From assembly GCA_030706285.1 (NCBI GenBank), contig JAUZOU010000002.1:1-35854 (forward strand): 35,854 nucleotides of DNA, written 5' to 3'. This document shows positions 7,854-16,198 of this stretch, in pieces. The translations under genes were made by a program, and so were the position numbers. The notes beneath the pieces are model-generated. The model was not told where the DNA came from. It searched no databases and saw only the letters and a list, made by a program, of their open reading frames with translations. Within the stretch, counting starts at the first letter, position 1. Each line of letters opens with the position of its first letter. Source of the DNA: Bacteroidota bacterium (GTDB lineage Bacteria; Bacteroidota; Bacteroidia; Bacteroidales; UBA1402).

Positions 7854-9842
7854 TTAAAAACGAATGTACTTTTCTACAGTCGCCCATGAGATTTTGTCGC
7901 CAATAATGTTGCCCCGGCATATTTGATAATGGTTTGTGGATAAGTTCGTATACGAACCAAAAAATCCGCCTGATCCTATTGAACCGATAAATCCGCATCT
8001 TCTGAGCATTGAATAGTGGTTCTCACTGTTGCATCCGGGGCCATAACTGTAGAGTACACTGTTCATGCATAACGAATCACAAACATCGATGATTTTGTAA
8101 AGTTCCCATTGAAGTACCAATGCGTTTTTATAAGGTGGGTAAACATCCTGGGACCAAGTATGGGAAATAGCATCAATGTTATTTCCCCTGGCAGCCAGGA
8201 TCATGTTTCTGCTTGATTGAATATCGTCAAGAAGCATAGTCCCATTGTCATCGATTTCATCGATAGCCAGAATGGATCCAAAAATAATAGGATAGCCATA
8301 TTGAGTGTAGATGGATCTTACACCTTGATCATTCCAGTTAAACCTCCAAGGAGCGTCGGTGATCAGAATAAATGCAGACTTGATAGCTGGTTTCAATGAT
8401 CCGTTCAGAAAGTTGGCCAGCTCTTTGGTTCCATAGAGGGTATACCCTTCCTGCTGAAGCAAAGTAAGTGCATCTTCCAGTCTTGAAAGGCTCTGATTGT
8501 ACGATACAGACAGTGTATCTCCCTCATAGATATCTTCAGTCCGGTGTGTCATCAGGCCAAGAATCTGGGGAGTTCTGCTGGAAACGATCACAGGAGTGGA
8601 TCCAATGATTGTTTTGATCAGTGCATCACCGGTATGATCCAAATCGATCTCTATATCCTTGGCTGTAATGTATCCGGTCATGCTTGAACTACCACCAATA
8701 TAGACAGCTGTGGCTGAGCCAAAAGCAGCAAACAGAGTGGTCTGACCGTCAACAGCGACATACAGATCATTCGATTTTCTGACCATCTCCACGGTATGCC
8801 TCGATTCGTCTTTCCACAATCTGATATCAACCGGGAACGAATCGTAATAATACCCCAATGCTCTAGAAGAAGGATCAATCTGTTGATAATAATAACCGAC
8901 AAGTTTAATTTTTCCGAACTGAAGCAGACCGCTGCAATCCTGTAGTAAAGTCAAATCCATCATCATGAGATCAATTCCGTAATCAGATAAGGCTCCACCA
9001 GCAGCAGAGGCCGTTTTGATTTCTTCATATAACGAACTTATCTTTTTGTAGGTAGAATCGGCCGTTTTTAAAGAAGTGCTCCAGATCGTACTTGTTATTC
9101 CATTATTATAGGTAGTCACATTATCACAATCAAGCCCATCTCTGATTATCGAAAAAGTATCGTTTGCCACCATAACAGCTAAATCCCTATAGTTGTCTAA
9201 GAAATCCTGTCTGGCTATCAGCAATTTGGGATCTGGCAGCTCTACTGTTTTGGCATAGTTGCCTTTTAGCCATAACTGGAATGCCGTATTGCCAACCAGA
9301 GGTTGCGTCGAGATCATTTTTCTGTTATACGTGACACCATTCCACTTATCGTCAATGACGATAAAACCGGAGTTGAAGCCAATCTGCTGACTGCAGGTCG
9401 TATTTTCCTTATCATAAGGAGTGGTCATCAGGATCGATGGTGCACGTTCCTTCAGCATAACACGGATATTCTTGTCTGCTCCGGATAGCTGGCAAATCGT
9501 GACATTGCTATTGCCTTCGTTGCAGTTCTGATTGATTCTGAAATCGAATACCACTCTGAAATCAGCAATACCTGCCAAACTTTTGTAATAGACTGCATTT
9601 TCTGCACCATAAGTCCCGGTATTAATCAGGTCGACCTCTCCGGGATAAGTGATCTTCACGGTATCGGTCAATATCGTTTTTACCGTATAGCCTTCCGGTT
9701 TTACAAATGTCATGCTGTCAATGCTGCCGATTTTAAAAGCATTACTTATTCCATCGTCATTGTTGATGTATAAATACTCCTGAGCATGGATGCCACTCAT
9801 CATCAAAAATAGCACGACAAGAGATCTTAGTTGCTTATTCAT
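7854..9842 (-). CDS. Secreted hypothetical protein (662 aa). Its C-terminal region weakly resembles a degenerate NodB-type polysaccharide deacetylase domain
   Basis: Signal peptide MNKQLRSLVVLFLMMSGIHAQ. It is the last co-directional gene of the polysaccharide locus, 55 nt after the aminotransferase. The C-terminal motif order ILITDAPW ... GYPIIFGSI ... ISHTWSQ ... YSYGPG loosely parallels NodB TFDDG / FF.iG / H(S/T)xxH / RPPYG, with catalytic positions altered. Confidence 0.55.
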   Translation of the reverse strand: MNKQLRSLVVLFLMMSGIHAQEYLYINNDDGISNAFKIGSIDSMTFVKPEGYTVKTILTDTVKITYPGEVDLINTGTYGAENAVYYKSLAGIADFRVVFDFRINQNCNEGNSNVTICQLSGADKNIRVMLKERAPSILMTTPYDKENTTCSQQIGFNSGFIVIDDKWNGVTYNRKMISTQPLVGNTAFQLWLKGNYAKTVELPDPKLLIARQDFLDNYRDLAVMVANDTFSIIRDGLDCDNVTTYNNGITSTIWSTSLKTADSTYKKISSLYEEIKTASAAGGALSDYGIDLMMMDLTLLQDCSGLLQFGKIKLVGYYYQQIDPSSRALGYYYDSFPVDIRLWKDESRHTVEMVRKSNDLYVAVDGQTTLFAAFGSATAVYIGGSSSMTGYITAKDIEIDLDHTGDALIKTIIGSTPVIVSSRTPQILGLMTHRTEDIYEGDTLSVSYNQSLSRLEDALTLLQQEGYTLYGTKELANFLNGSLKPAIKSAFILITDAPWRFNWNDQGVRSIYTQYGYPIIFGSILAIDEIDDNGTMLLDDIQSSRNMILAARGNNIDAISHTWSQDVYPPYKNALVLQWELYKIIDVCDSLCMNSVLYSYGPGCNSENHYSMLRRCGFIGSIGSGGFFGSYTNLSTNHYQICRGNIIGDKISWATVEKYIRF

Positions 9843-9897
9843 AAAACAGTCTGGTTTTTATAGATAATATTCTGTTCTAACTACTATAGTAACAACC

Positions 9898-11178
9898 TTA
9901 TGGAGCTAAAAACTCCATTTTCGGTGCCGATTTTTCCTTGCAAGAGGCTGTCGATATTTTCGGAACTTTTGCCACCTTATAATAGGCATCAACAATGGAA
10001 TCAATCACGTAGGCCACCATTTCATCCGTCATCTGCGGATATACCGGCAGGGATATTTCCTGAGAAAAGTTCTTGTAGGCCTGAGGGTAATCGTTTATGT
10101 CATAGCCTTGTTCCTTGAAAAACGTCAGCATAGGCATCGGTATGAAATGTACATTCAGGTACACTCGTCTAAGGGTAATGATGTCGATCATTTCATCCCG
10201 CTGCTCTTCGGTTATATTCTTAATACGCAACGCGTACAAATGGTAAGAAGTCTCCTTACCTTTTGCTTCGGATGGCGGCAATATAGCCCAGTCAAAATTG
10301 GCGAAAGCACGGTTATACTTCAAAAAAGTCCGTTTGCGTTTGAGCAATAATTTGGGGTATTCCCGCAATTCAGCCAACCCGATGGCGGCATTGACATCGG
10401 GCAGATTGATTTTCATACCCAATCCGACAATGTCATAACGCCATCCTCCAGCTTTGCTCTTTGCCAAGGCATCCTTTGTCTGACAATTTAGTGACATCAT
10501 GCGTAGTTCAGTATAAAGCGCCTCGTTATCAAAGGGTTCAGGAAGGTTCAGGCAGATAGCGCCACCTTCTGCTGTCGTCACATTTTTTACCGCATGCAGG
10601 GAAAATATAGCAACATCCGTTTCAGCGCCTGTCCGTTTGTAACTATTATAGATTGCACCCAATGAATGAGCGGCATCGTTTAAAATCAAGATACGCCCTA
10701 ACTTATGCTGGACAGGAGAAGTAGCATGAAACCGGACATTGATTTCCGGTTCTCTGACCAGTTTCATGATTTCATCATAATCACAGGGGAAACCAGCCAG
10801 GTCTACCGGAATGATGGCTTTCGTCCTCTCCGTGATGGCACGGCGAATACCTTCTATGGAAATATTGAAATCTTCACCCGAGTCAACCATGACCGGCCTT
10901 CCTCCGGCATGAATCACAGCCAGGGCGGTGGCACAATACGTATAGGCTGGTACAATCACCTCATCCCCATCTTTCAATCCCAGCCAGCGCAACATCATGA
11001 TGGCGCCTGATGTCCAGGAATTCACACACAAGACTTGCCTGGCACCGGAATAGCTTCTGATTTCCTGTTCTAAGGCTTTCACTTTGGGGCCGGTCGTAAG
11101 CCAACCAGACTTCAACGTATCAACAACTTCATTAATGACAGAGTCGTCAATATAAGGGGGAGAGAATGGAATTTGCAT
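9898..11178 (-). CDS. DegT/DnrJ/EryC1/StrS-family PLP-dependent sugar aminotransferase (PglE/WcfR-like)
   Basis: The family-typical N-terminus MQIPFSPPYIDDSVINEVVDTLKSGWLTTGPKV starts at the internal ATG 11178. PLP-lysine region FSLHAVKNVTTAEGGAI. The upstream 60 codons of the ORF (to 11358) have no family similarity and run through a terminator-like hairpin. Confidence 0.9.
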   Translation of the reverse strand: MQIPFSPPYIDDSVINEVVDTLKSGWLTTGPKVKALEQEIRSYSGARQVLCVNSWTSGAIMMLRWLGLKDGDEVIVPAYTYCATALAVIHAGGRPVMVDSGEDFNISIEGIRRAITERTKAIIPVDLAGFPCDYDEIMKLVREPEINVRFHATSPVQHKLGRILILNDAAHSLGAIYNSYKRTGAETDVAIFSLHAVKNVTTAEGGAICLNLPEPFDNEALYTELRMMSLNCQTKDALAKSKAGGWRYDIVGLGMKINLPDVNAAIGLAELREYPKLLLKRKRTFLKYNRAFANFDWAILPPSEAKGKETSYHLYALRIKNITEEQRDEMIDIITLRRVYLNVHFIPMPMLTFFKEQGYDINDYPQAYKNFSQEISLPVYPQMTDEMVAYVIDSIVDAYYKVAKVPKISTASCKEKSAPKMEFLAP

Positions 11179-11228
11179 AAGATGTGCATTTAATTGGATA
11201 ACAAATTTTAATTTTTCAACACAGGGGA

Positions 11229-11269
11229 ATAAAAAAATAGTCTGTCTTGCAGAAAATAAGACAACTATT
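11229..11269 (-). terminator. Terminator-like hairpin plus U-run on the minus strand, between the carrier-protein gene and the aminotransferase gene
   Basis: Plus-strand aatagtctgtctt (11236..11248) pairs with aagacaactatt (11258..11269): 12 bp, one bulge, 9-nt loop. On the minus strand the stem is followed by UUUUUAUU (plus-strand A-run 11228..11235). The stem is AT-rich, with only 4 GC pairs. Confidence 0.35.
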
Positions 11270-11400
11270 TGCTTCTGTTGTACCACGGGAAAATGAGATT
11301 GAACATTGCAACTAATGGTTGAGAGCCATACGCAGAAGCATCCATACAAATCATTCAAGAGTATCCAATACCTAATTGAAAAAGATAAAAACGTGACAAG

Positions 11401-11628
11401 CTACTTGTCCTTAATCAGATTATACAGCTCTTCGACCGTAGCAACATTACGAATGTCTTTCTTGAAAATTTGTGTATGACACTGTTCATTGATCATCACT
11501 ATGACCAACAATTCCGTCAAGGAACTCCATTCATCCAGATCCTGAAACCTGGTAGCCGAATCTATTCCTTTGGAGGACGATTCGTCAAATTGTTTTGAGA
11601 ACTCACGTACAAAGTCATTCAGTTCCAT
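11401..11628 (-). CDS. Small acyl/peptidyl carrier protein (PP-binding type), paralog of 22373..22606
   Basis: 75 aa and acidic. The motif DLDEWSSLTELLVIVMI places a Ser at about residue 35-36, where ACPs carry the phosphopantetheine serine. It aligns clearly with the 77-aa protein at 22373..22606 (ELEEWSSLIALAVMAI). Confidence 0.7.
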   Translation of the reverse strand: MELNDFVREFSKQFDESSSKGIDSATRFQDLDEWSSLTELLVIVMINEQCHTQIFKKDIRNVATVEELYNLIKDK

Positions 11629-11648
11629 AGGATATAGGTATAATCGTG

Positions 11649-12323
11649 TTATAAATAATCTTCTTCAACCAACAACGTATCGACTGAGTATTTTCTGGCA
11701 GGATTGCCTGAATACAATAACGCCGGCTTTGTTGACTTATTAATGAACGAAGCAGCCCCGACAAACGATTGCCAGCCGATCGTAAGACCATTGGCAACCG
11801 TCGTGTTCTGACCGATGAAGCAATTATCCTCGACGGTAACATCTCCTCCTATCACCACTGAAGCAGCAATGAAGACATTATTACCCACTTTGCATCGATG
11901 ACCGACAATCGCCAGTGCATTCAGGAAGCAGCCCATCCCAATAGATGCTCCCTTACCGATATAACACCCATCACAGATAAACGCGTTGCAACCGATTTCA
12001 GCCGTATGACAAATAGCCTTGGAAGAAATATAGCTGATCAGGTGATAGCCATTCCTCATGGCCTGTTCGATGACTTCGCCTCTCGTTCTGTTCATTTTCC
12101 GATACCCGATTGCAACAAACATATCGAATTCAACCGGTGGATATTTTTCCAGAACACACTCAAAATCCACTACCGGCAGCCCCTCAAACCGGTCAATTTT
12201 CCTAAACGCCTTATGGACAGTAAATGCAACCACCTCATAGTCACTGTCTATATCAAGATAATACTTCACTTCTCCAGCAAGATTCTCATCACCGAAAATG
12301 ATCACTTTCTTTTTCATTATCAT
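11649..12323 (-). CDS. NeuD/PglD-family hexapeptide-repeat sugar N/O-acyltransferase
   Basis: N-terminal Rossmann-like MKKKVIIFGDENLAGEVKYYLDIDSDYEVVAF, then left-handed beta-helix hexapeptide repeats (IGCNAFICDGCYIGKGASIGMGCFLNALAIVGHRCKVGNNVFIAASVVIGGDVTVEDNCFIG). The start could also be the ATG at 12317. Confidence 0.8.
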   Translation of the reverse strand: MIMKKKVIIFGDENLAGEVKYYLDIDSDYEVVAFTVHKAFRKIDRFEGLPVVDFECVLEKYPPVEFDMFVAIGYRKMNRTRGEVIEQAMRNGYHLISYISSKAICHTAEIGCNAFICDGCYIGKGASIGMGCFLNALAIVGHRCKVGNNVFIAASVVIGGDVTVEDNCFIGQNTTVANGLTIGWQSFVGAASFINKSTKPALLYSGNPARKYSVDTLLVEEDYL

Positions 12324-12422
12324 ATCTGCTTTTCTGATTTCAACTTCATCTGCCGGCTTACTGTATTACCGGACATCAGCTCCTACTAAAAATCCTTTAA
12401 CCAGCTTCAGGTCCAACGCATT

Positions 12423-13034
12423 TTAGCCAGCCGTCGAAGGGGATTGTTCAACGAATACTTTTTCCCTTTTTATAACAGCTTCAATTGTCTTGAAAACGAT
12501 TTTCAAGTCAAACAAGAAATTCATATGCTCGACATAAAACAAATCTTTTTCAAATTTCTCTGCCTGCCCAATTGAATTACGAAAATAAGCCTGGACATAC
12601 CCAGTAATACCAGGGCGAACTGATATGATTTTCAATTGGACATCATCAAAGTCATTCACGTTGTTTGTCGCCAGTACCGGACGCGGTCCGACAAGGCTCA
12701 TATCACCCACAAGCACATTCAAGAACTGTGGTATTTCATCAATGCTCGTTTTACGAAAGAATTTTCCACACTTGGTCTGACGCGGGTCGTTTTCTCCATT
12801 GAACGTCGAACCGTCCACATTGCGAATATCCGGCGAATTTACCTTCATCGTCCTGAGCTTGAACATCTTGAAATTTTTCCCGTTGCGCCCCAGTCTATAG
12901 GCATTGTAAAAAACGGGACCTTTATCCGTGAAATAGATAACTGGAGCTGACAGTACAACGACAACTGCCACAAATGGGAAAGCCAAAATCGACAGAACTA
13001 TATCGAATAGTCTTTTTAAATACTTATTATACAT
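12423..13034 (-). CDS. Small monotopic phosphoglycosyl transferase (bacterial sugar transferase, PglC/WcfS-like), copy 1
   Basis: Internal ATG at 13034 gives MYNKYLKRLFDIVLSILAFPFVAVVVVLSAPVIYF (re-entrant helix). Motifs FKMFKLRTM, DEIPQ (Asp-Glu dyad), GDMSLVGPRP, PGITG. The longer ORF to 13124 would overlap the upstream GT4 gene. Confidence 0.85.
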   Translation of the reverse strand: MYNKYLKRLFDIVLSILAFPFVAVVVVLSAPVIYFTDKGPVFYNAYRLGRNGKNFKMFKLRTMKVNSPDIRNVDGSTFNGENDPRQTKCGKFFRKTSIDEIPQFLNVLVGDMSLVGPRPVLATNNVNDFDDVQLKIISVRPGITGYVQAYFRNSIGQAEKFEKDLFYVEHMNFLFDLKIVFKTIEAVIKREKVFVEQSPSTAG

Positions 13035-13068
13035 ACTATTTCCTCTAATGATTAATTTCCGCCCAGTA

Positions 13069-14304
13069 TTACTGACCAACTTTGAACCTGTTAAATACAT
13101 CAATGTATTTGGATGTACCCACATCGCGTGTCAGATTTTTCATCACATAGCGTCGTCCGTTAAGACCAAATTCCCTACAATCAGATCTGTTATTGTATAA
13201 CCACAATATGGCCTGTTTAAAGGCTTCTTTATCGCCAGCCTTTGTAAAAAGGCCACATTTATTTTCAGTAAGAATCGTCATCAATTCGTTCTCATCGAAA
13301 CTTGCCAGAACCGCACGCTTTGCAGACATGATGCTCCAGGTTTTGCTTGGAACCGAATTTTCCCCGACTCCAGGTCTTGATATAACCAACCCCACATCGC
13401 CTAAACTGAAGACATGAGAAATATCTTCATATGGCTGCAAAGGCAGCAGTCGAATATTTGTGCAATTTTTCTCCGAAATCATCGTCTCAACTTTATGCTT
13501 GTAGACGCCCTCTCCAATGAGGACAAACTGGACATCCGGTATCGATTCAAATTCAGAGGCAACCTCCAACAGCATGTCCATATTCTGAGTAAGCCCAATG
13601 TTGCCACAATAAGAGATGTAAAATTTGTTGCGATCTAGATTGTACCGGTCAAACAATTTGTTTGACTGACGTTCGATATGCTGGACGGCGTTTTCGTCAA
13701 CCCAGTTGTAGACAACATCAATCTTTTCTTCCGGAACACCTTTTGCCAGTATATTACTCTTAAATCCTTCAGATATAACAATTATCCGGTCCGCATGTTT
13801 ATAGGTAAAATCTTCAATTCTTCTACCGACTTTCCAAAGCAAGGAGTTTTTTTTCGCCAATCCTGTACCAACCAACGAGTCAGGAAAAACATCCTGGAGA
13901 TTGTAGATAAATGGTATTTTCCTGACTTTTTTCAACATAGCGGCCATCGCTCCTTGAATAGGTGGGGTACTGCCTATAAACATCACATCGATATCTTTTG
14001 AAGCTCGTCCAAGGTTAAATTGCCTGATGCAGCAACAAACATAACGGAAAGCCCGAATCAAAGGATTTGTTCCCTCACGGAACATATTGAAGCGATGAAC
14101 GGTCAACTTGTTATCATACATCGTTTCATGTACTTTTTTCTTATAGCTGTTTCTTTCTTCCACTGATATGCCACGTGAAGGCATCGGCGTATATACAACC
14201 ATCTCAAAAGCAGCTTTTGCCAGAGCTTCTCTTAAATTTTCCCCAAGATAGCTGCTAGCCGCACTCTCCGGTGTAAAATAGGCTGGAAGAATTAAGATTT
14301 TCAT
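13069..14304 (-). CDS. GT4-family glycosyltransferase (WbuB-like)
   Basis: MKILILPAYFTPESAASSYLGENL N-terminus typical of WbuB-type GT4 enzymes. GT-B C-terminal half: GNIGLTQNMDMLLEVA...LIGEG...SKTWSIMSAKRAVLAS. Confidence 0.8.
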   Translation of the reverse strand: MKILILPAYFTPESAASSYLGENLREALAKAAFEMVVYTPMPSRGISVEERNSYKKKVHETMYDNKLTVHRFNMFREGTNPLIRAFRYVCCCIRQFNLGRASKDIDVMFIGSTPPIQGAMAAMLKKVRKIPFIYNLQDVFPDSLVGTGLAKKNSLLWKVGRRIEDFTYKHADRIIVISEGFKSNILAKGVPEEKIDVVYNWVDENAVQHIERQSNKLFDRYNLDRNKFYISYCGNIGLTQNMDMLLEVASEFESIPDVQFVLIGEGVYKHKVETMISEKNCTNIRLLPLQPYEDISHVFSLGDVGLVISRPGVGENSVPSKTWSIMSAKRAVLASFDENELMTILTENKCGLFTKAGDKEAFKQAILWLYNNRSDCREFGLNGRRYVMKNLTRDVGTSKYIDVFNRFKVGQ

Positions 14305-14307
14305 CGA

Positions 14308-15489
14308 TTACTGAACTGTTATGTTTATGGTTTCTATTGCCTTATCACACCGATCTACCGCATCTTTCGCATCGCATCCCTGAGCTATAACGAACCCAAT
14401 CCGGTCAAGGCTATTGTAAATTGGAGTAACCTGATCTCCAACGCCCTTGCTAAAAACGATATCTTCAATACCCTGGATTTTTTTGGCAGCTTCAACGCCA
14501 GTTATGGACGTGATGATTCCGCTAGGAACATCAAAATATCGAATGGCGCTTCCTTTTTCAAATTGAGTTTCAATGTTCGGAACTTCTCCAAATGCAACAT
14601 CCATTGTGGCTTTCAACATATCGATACCTGTCGAGAGCGGCACTAGATGGGTAGTTATGCAATCCCCTCCCATTCGAGCGCCAAGCTCTACCATCCGTGG
14701 GCCATCTTTTGTCAGGATGATCTCAACATGAGCCGGGCCAAGATCAATGCCCACAGCTTTTACTGCTCTGGCTGCAAGATCTCGTATTTTCACAAGATCG
14801 TCCGTTTGAATTTGCGAGGGTTGACTATGTCCCATCTCAACAAAATAGGGCATGCCAGTTGTTAGCTTATCCGTTATGGCAAGAATATGAGGGAGTCCGT
14901 CAATGACCATAACCTCAACACTGACTTCTCGTCCACTCATGTAATCTTCTACGATCACTTCTCCGTGACGAGAATATTTTTTACTATAGGAATATGCCGA
15001 TTCGACATGCTGTTCGTTTTCAACAAGGATGACACCACTGCTGCCTGAATTGTCTATCGGTTTAAAGACACAGGGATATAACAATTTGGCCCGAATCAAT
15101 TCAAACTCATCATTATCTGCAATCGTGTAATACCACGGCGATTCGACGTTCCTTTCCTTAAAGGCCCGTATCATCTCACCCTTATCCGTCGCTTTGATGG
15201 CTGTTTCATAGGTAATGCCTGGAAGCCCCATCAACCTTGTTGCTGCCGCTAAAGAACGTACAGGCATATCTGTGGCAATTGCCATAATTCCATCAGGCCG
15301 GAACTTTTTCGCAACACTACAAATTGCATCAACATCAATGGTGCTGGCATTAAAATATTCGTCAGCGTAAGGAATTCCAACAGCTTGATCGTTAAAATCC
15401 GCAACAGCAACATAATGGCCTAATTTTTTTGCCTTTAATATTGCCGGTAATTGAAGTACAGACGCTCCAATAATCAAAAGTCTACCCAT
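14308..15489 (-). CDS. ATP-grasp carboxylate-amine ligase (L-amino-acid-ligase-like), copy 1
   Basis: Pre-ATP-grasp Rossmann N-terminus MGRLLIIGASVLQLPAILKAKKLGHYVAVAD. Central YPCVFKPIDNSGSSGVILV. ...VEDYMSGREVSVEVMV... C-terminal VELGARMGGD. Paralog of 16199..17383. Confidence 0.8.
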   Translation of the reverse strand: MGRLLIIGASVLQLPAILKAKKLGHYVAVADFNDQAVGIPYADEYFNASTIDVDAICSVAKKFRPDGIMAIATDMPVRSLAAATRLMGLPGITYETAIKATDKGEMIRAFKERNVESPWYYTIADNDEFELIRAKLLYPCVFKPIDNSGSSGVILVENEQHVESAYSYSKKYSRHGEVIVEDYMSGREVSVEVMVIDGLPHILAITDKLTTGMPYFVEMGHSQPSQIQTDDLVKIRDLAARAVKAVGIDLGPAHVEIILTKDGPRMVELGARMGGDCITTHLVPLSTGIDMLKATMDVAFGEVPNIETQFEKGSAIRYFDVPSGIITSITGVEAAKKIQGIEDIVFSKGVGDQVTPIYNSLDRIGFVIAQGCDAKDAVDRCDKAIETINITVQ

Positions 15490-15542
15490 AATGTCTGATA
15501 CAATTTGTCTGGTTTAACGACTATAATCAGTGTAATAATTTT

Positions 15543-16163
15543 TTATTCAATAAGCATAAGACCATAGAAAATCACAGAATTCGTATAAATCCCTTTTCTG
15601 CTAACAACTGTCTGAATGGTTTTTATGAAGATCCTGGCATCCAAGCAAAAGCTCATGTTGTTTGCATAATAGGCATCATTTAACCGCTTTTCCCTGTTTG
15701 TCAAGCTATTTCTGAAATAAGCCTGAGTATAGCCTGTTATACCAGGCAAAGCCTTCATTTTATCCGATTCATCGTTCCTAAAAGATCCGATTGCACTAGA
15801 CAGACTTGGTCTTGGACCGATGATCGACATATCTCCCTTTAAAACGTTTATCAGCTGTGGTAGTTCATCCAAGCTCGTCTCTCTTATAAACTTTCCGATC
15901 CTGGTTACCCTTGGATCGTTTTTTGAATTATACGTGCTACCGTCTGAATTGATCAGTTGTGGTGCATTGACTTTCATAGACCTAAATTTATACATCTTAA
16001 AAATCTTATACTGTCTGCCGATCCGGTCGGCCTTGTAAAAAACCGGTCCTCCATCTTCAAGTTTAATCAATCCCCCCAGTATTATGCAAACGATCAAGAA
16101 AACCGGAAGGCATAAAAAGAAGACAAGCAGATCTTCCACTCGTTTGAAAATTGTGATGTACAT
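15543..16163 (-). CDS. Small monotopic phosphoglycosyl transferase (PglC-like), copy 2
   Basis: FKRVEDLLVFFLCLPVFLIVCIILGGLI re-entrant helix. FKMYKFRSM, DELPQ, GDMSIIGPRP, PGITGYTQAYFRNS. Clear paralog of 12423..13034. Confidence 0.85.
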   Translation of the reverse strand: MYITIFKRVEDLLVFFLCLPVFLIVCIILGGLIKLEDGGPVFYKADRIGRQYKIFKMYKFRSMKVNAPQLINSDGSTYNSKNDPRVTRIGKFIRETSLDELPQLINVLKGDMSIIGPRPSLSSAIGSFRNDESDKMKALPGITGYTQAYFRNSLTNREKRLNDAYYANNMSFCLDARIFIKTIQTVVSRKGIYTNSVIFYGLMLIE

Positions 16164-16198
16164 ATTGATTCCTTTTTTAAATCAGTTGTTCACTCCTG

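Noticed and set aside
11179-11358. 60-codon N-terminal extension of the aminotransferase ORF (track start at 11358)
   Set aside because: The DegT-family N-terminus (MQIPFSPPYI...) begins at the internal ATG 11178. The extension has odd, Cys- and Phe-rich composition and reads through a terminator-like hairpin. I treated it as intergenic.
11898-12389. Long antisense ORFs opposite biosynthetic genes (11898..12389, 10705..11010, 13678..14001, 16334..16702, 24794..25201, 33542..34006, 34714..35112, 22789..23061 and others)
   Set aside because: Each is fully embedded opposite a gene with strong family motifs. They show low-complexity or skewed composition and no recognisable motifs. They are typical shadow ORFs.
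13035-13124. N-terminal extensions of several minus-strand ORFs: 12423..13124 (the coordinates given here), 21316..22401, 24317..25303, and the plus-strand 6227 start
   Set aside because: In each case an internal ATG gives the family-typical N-terminus or a clean signal peptide, and removes an overlap with the upstream gene. I used the shorter coordinates.
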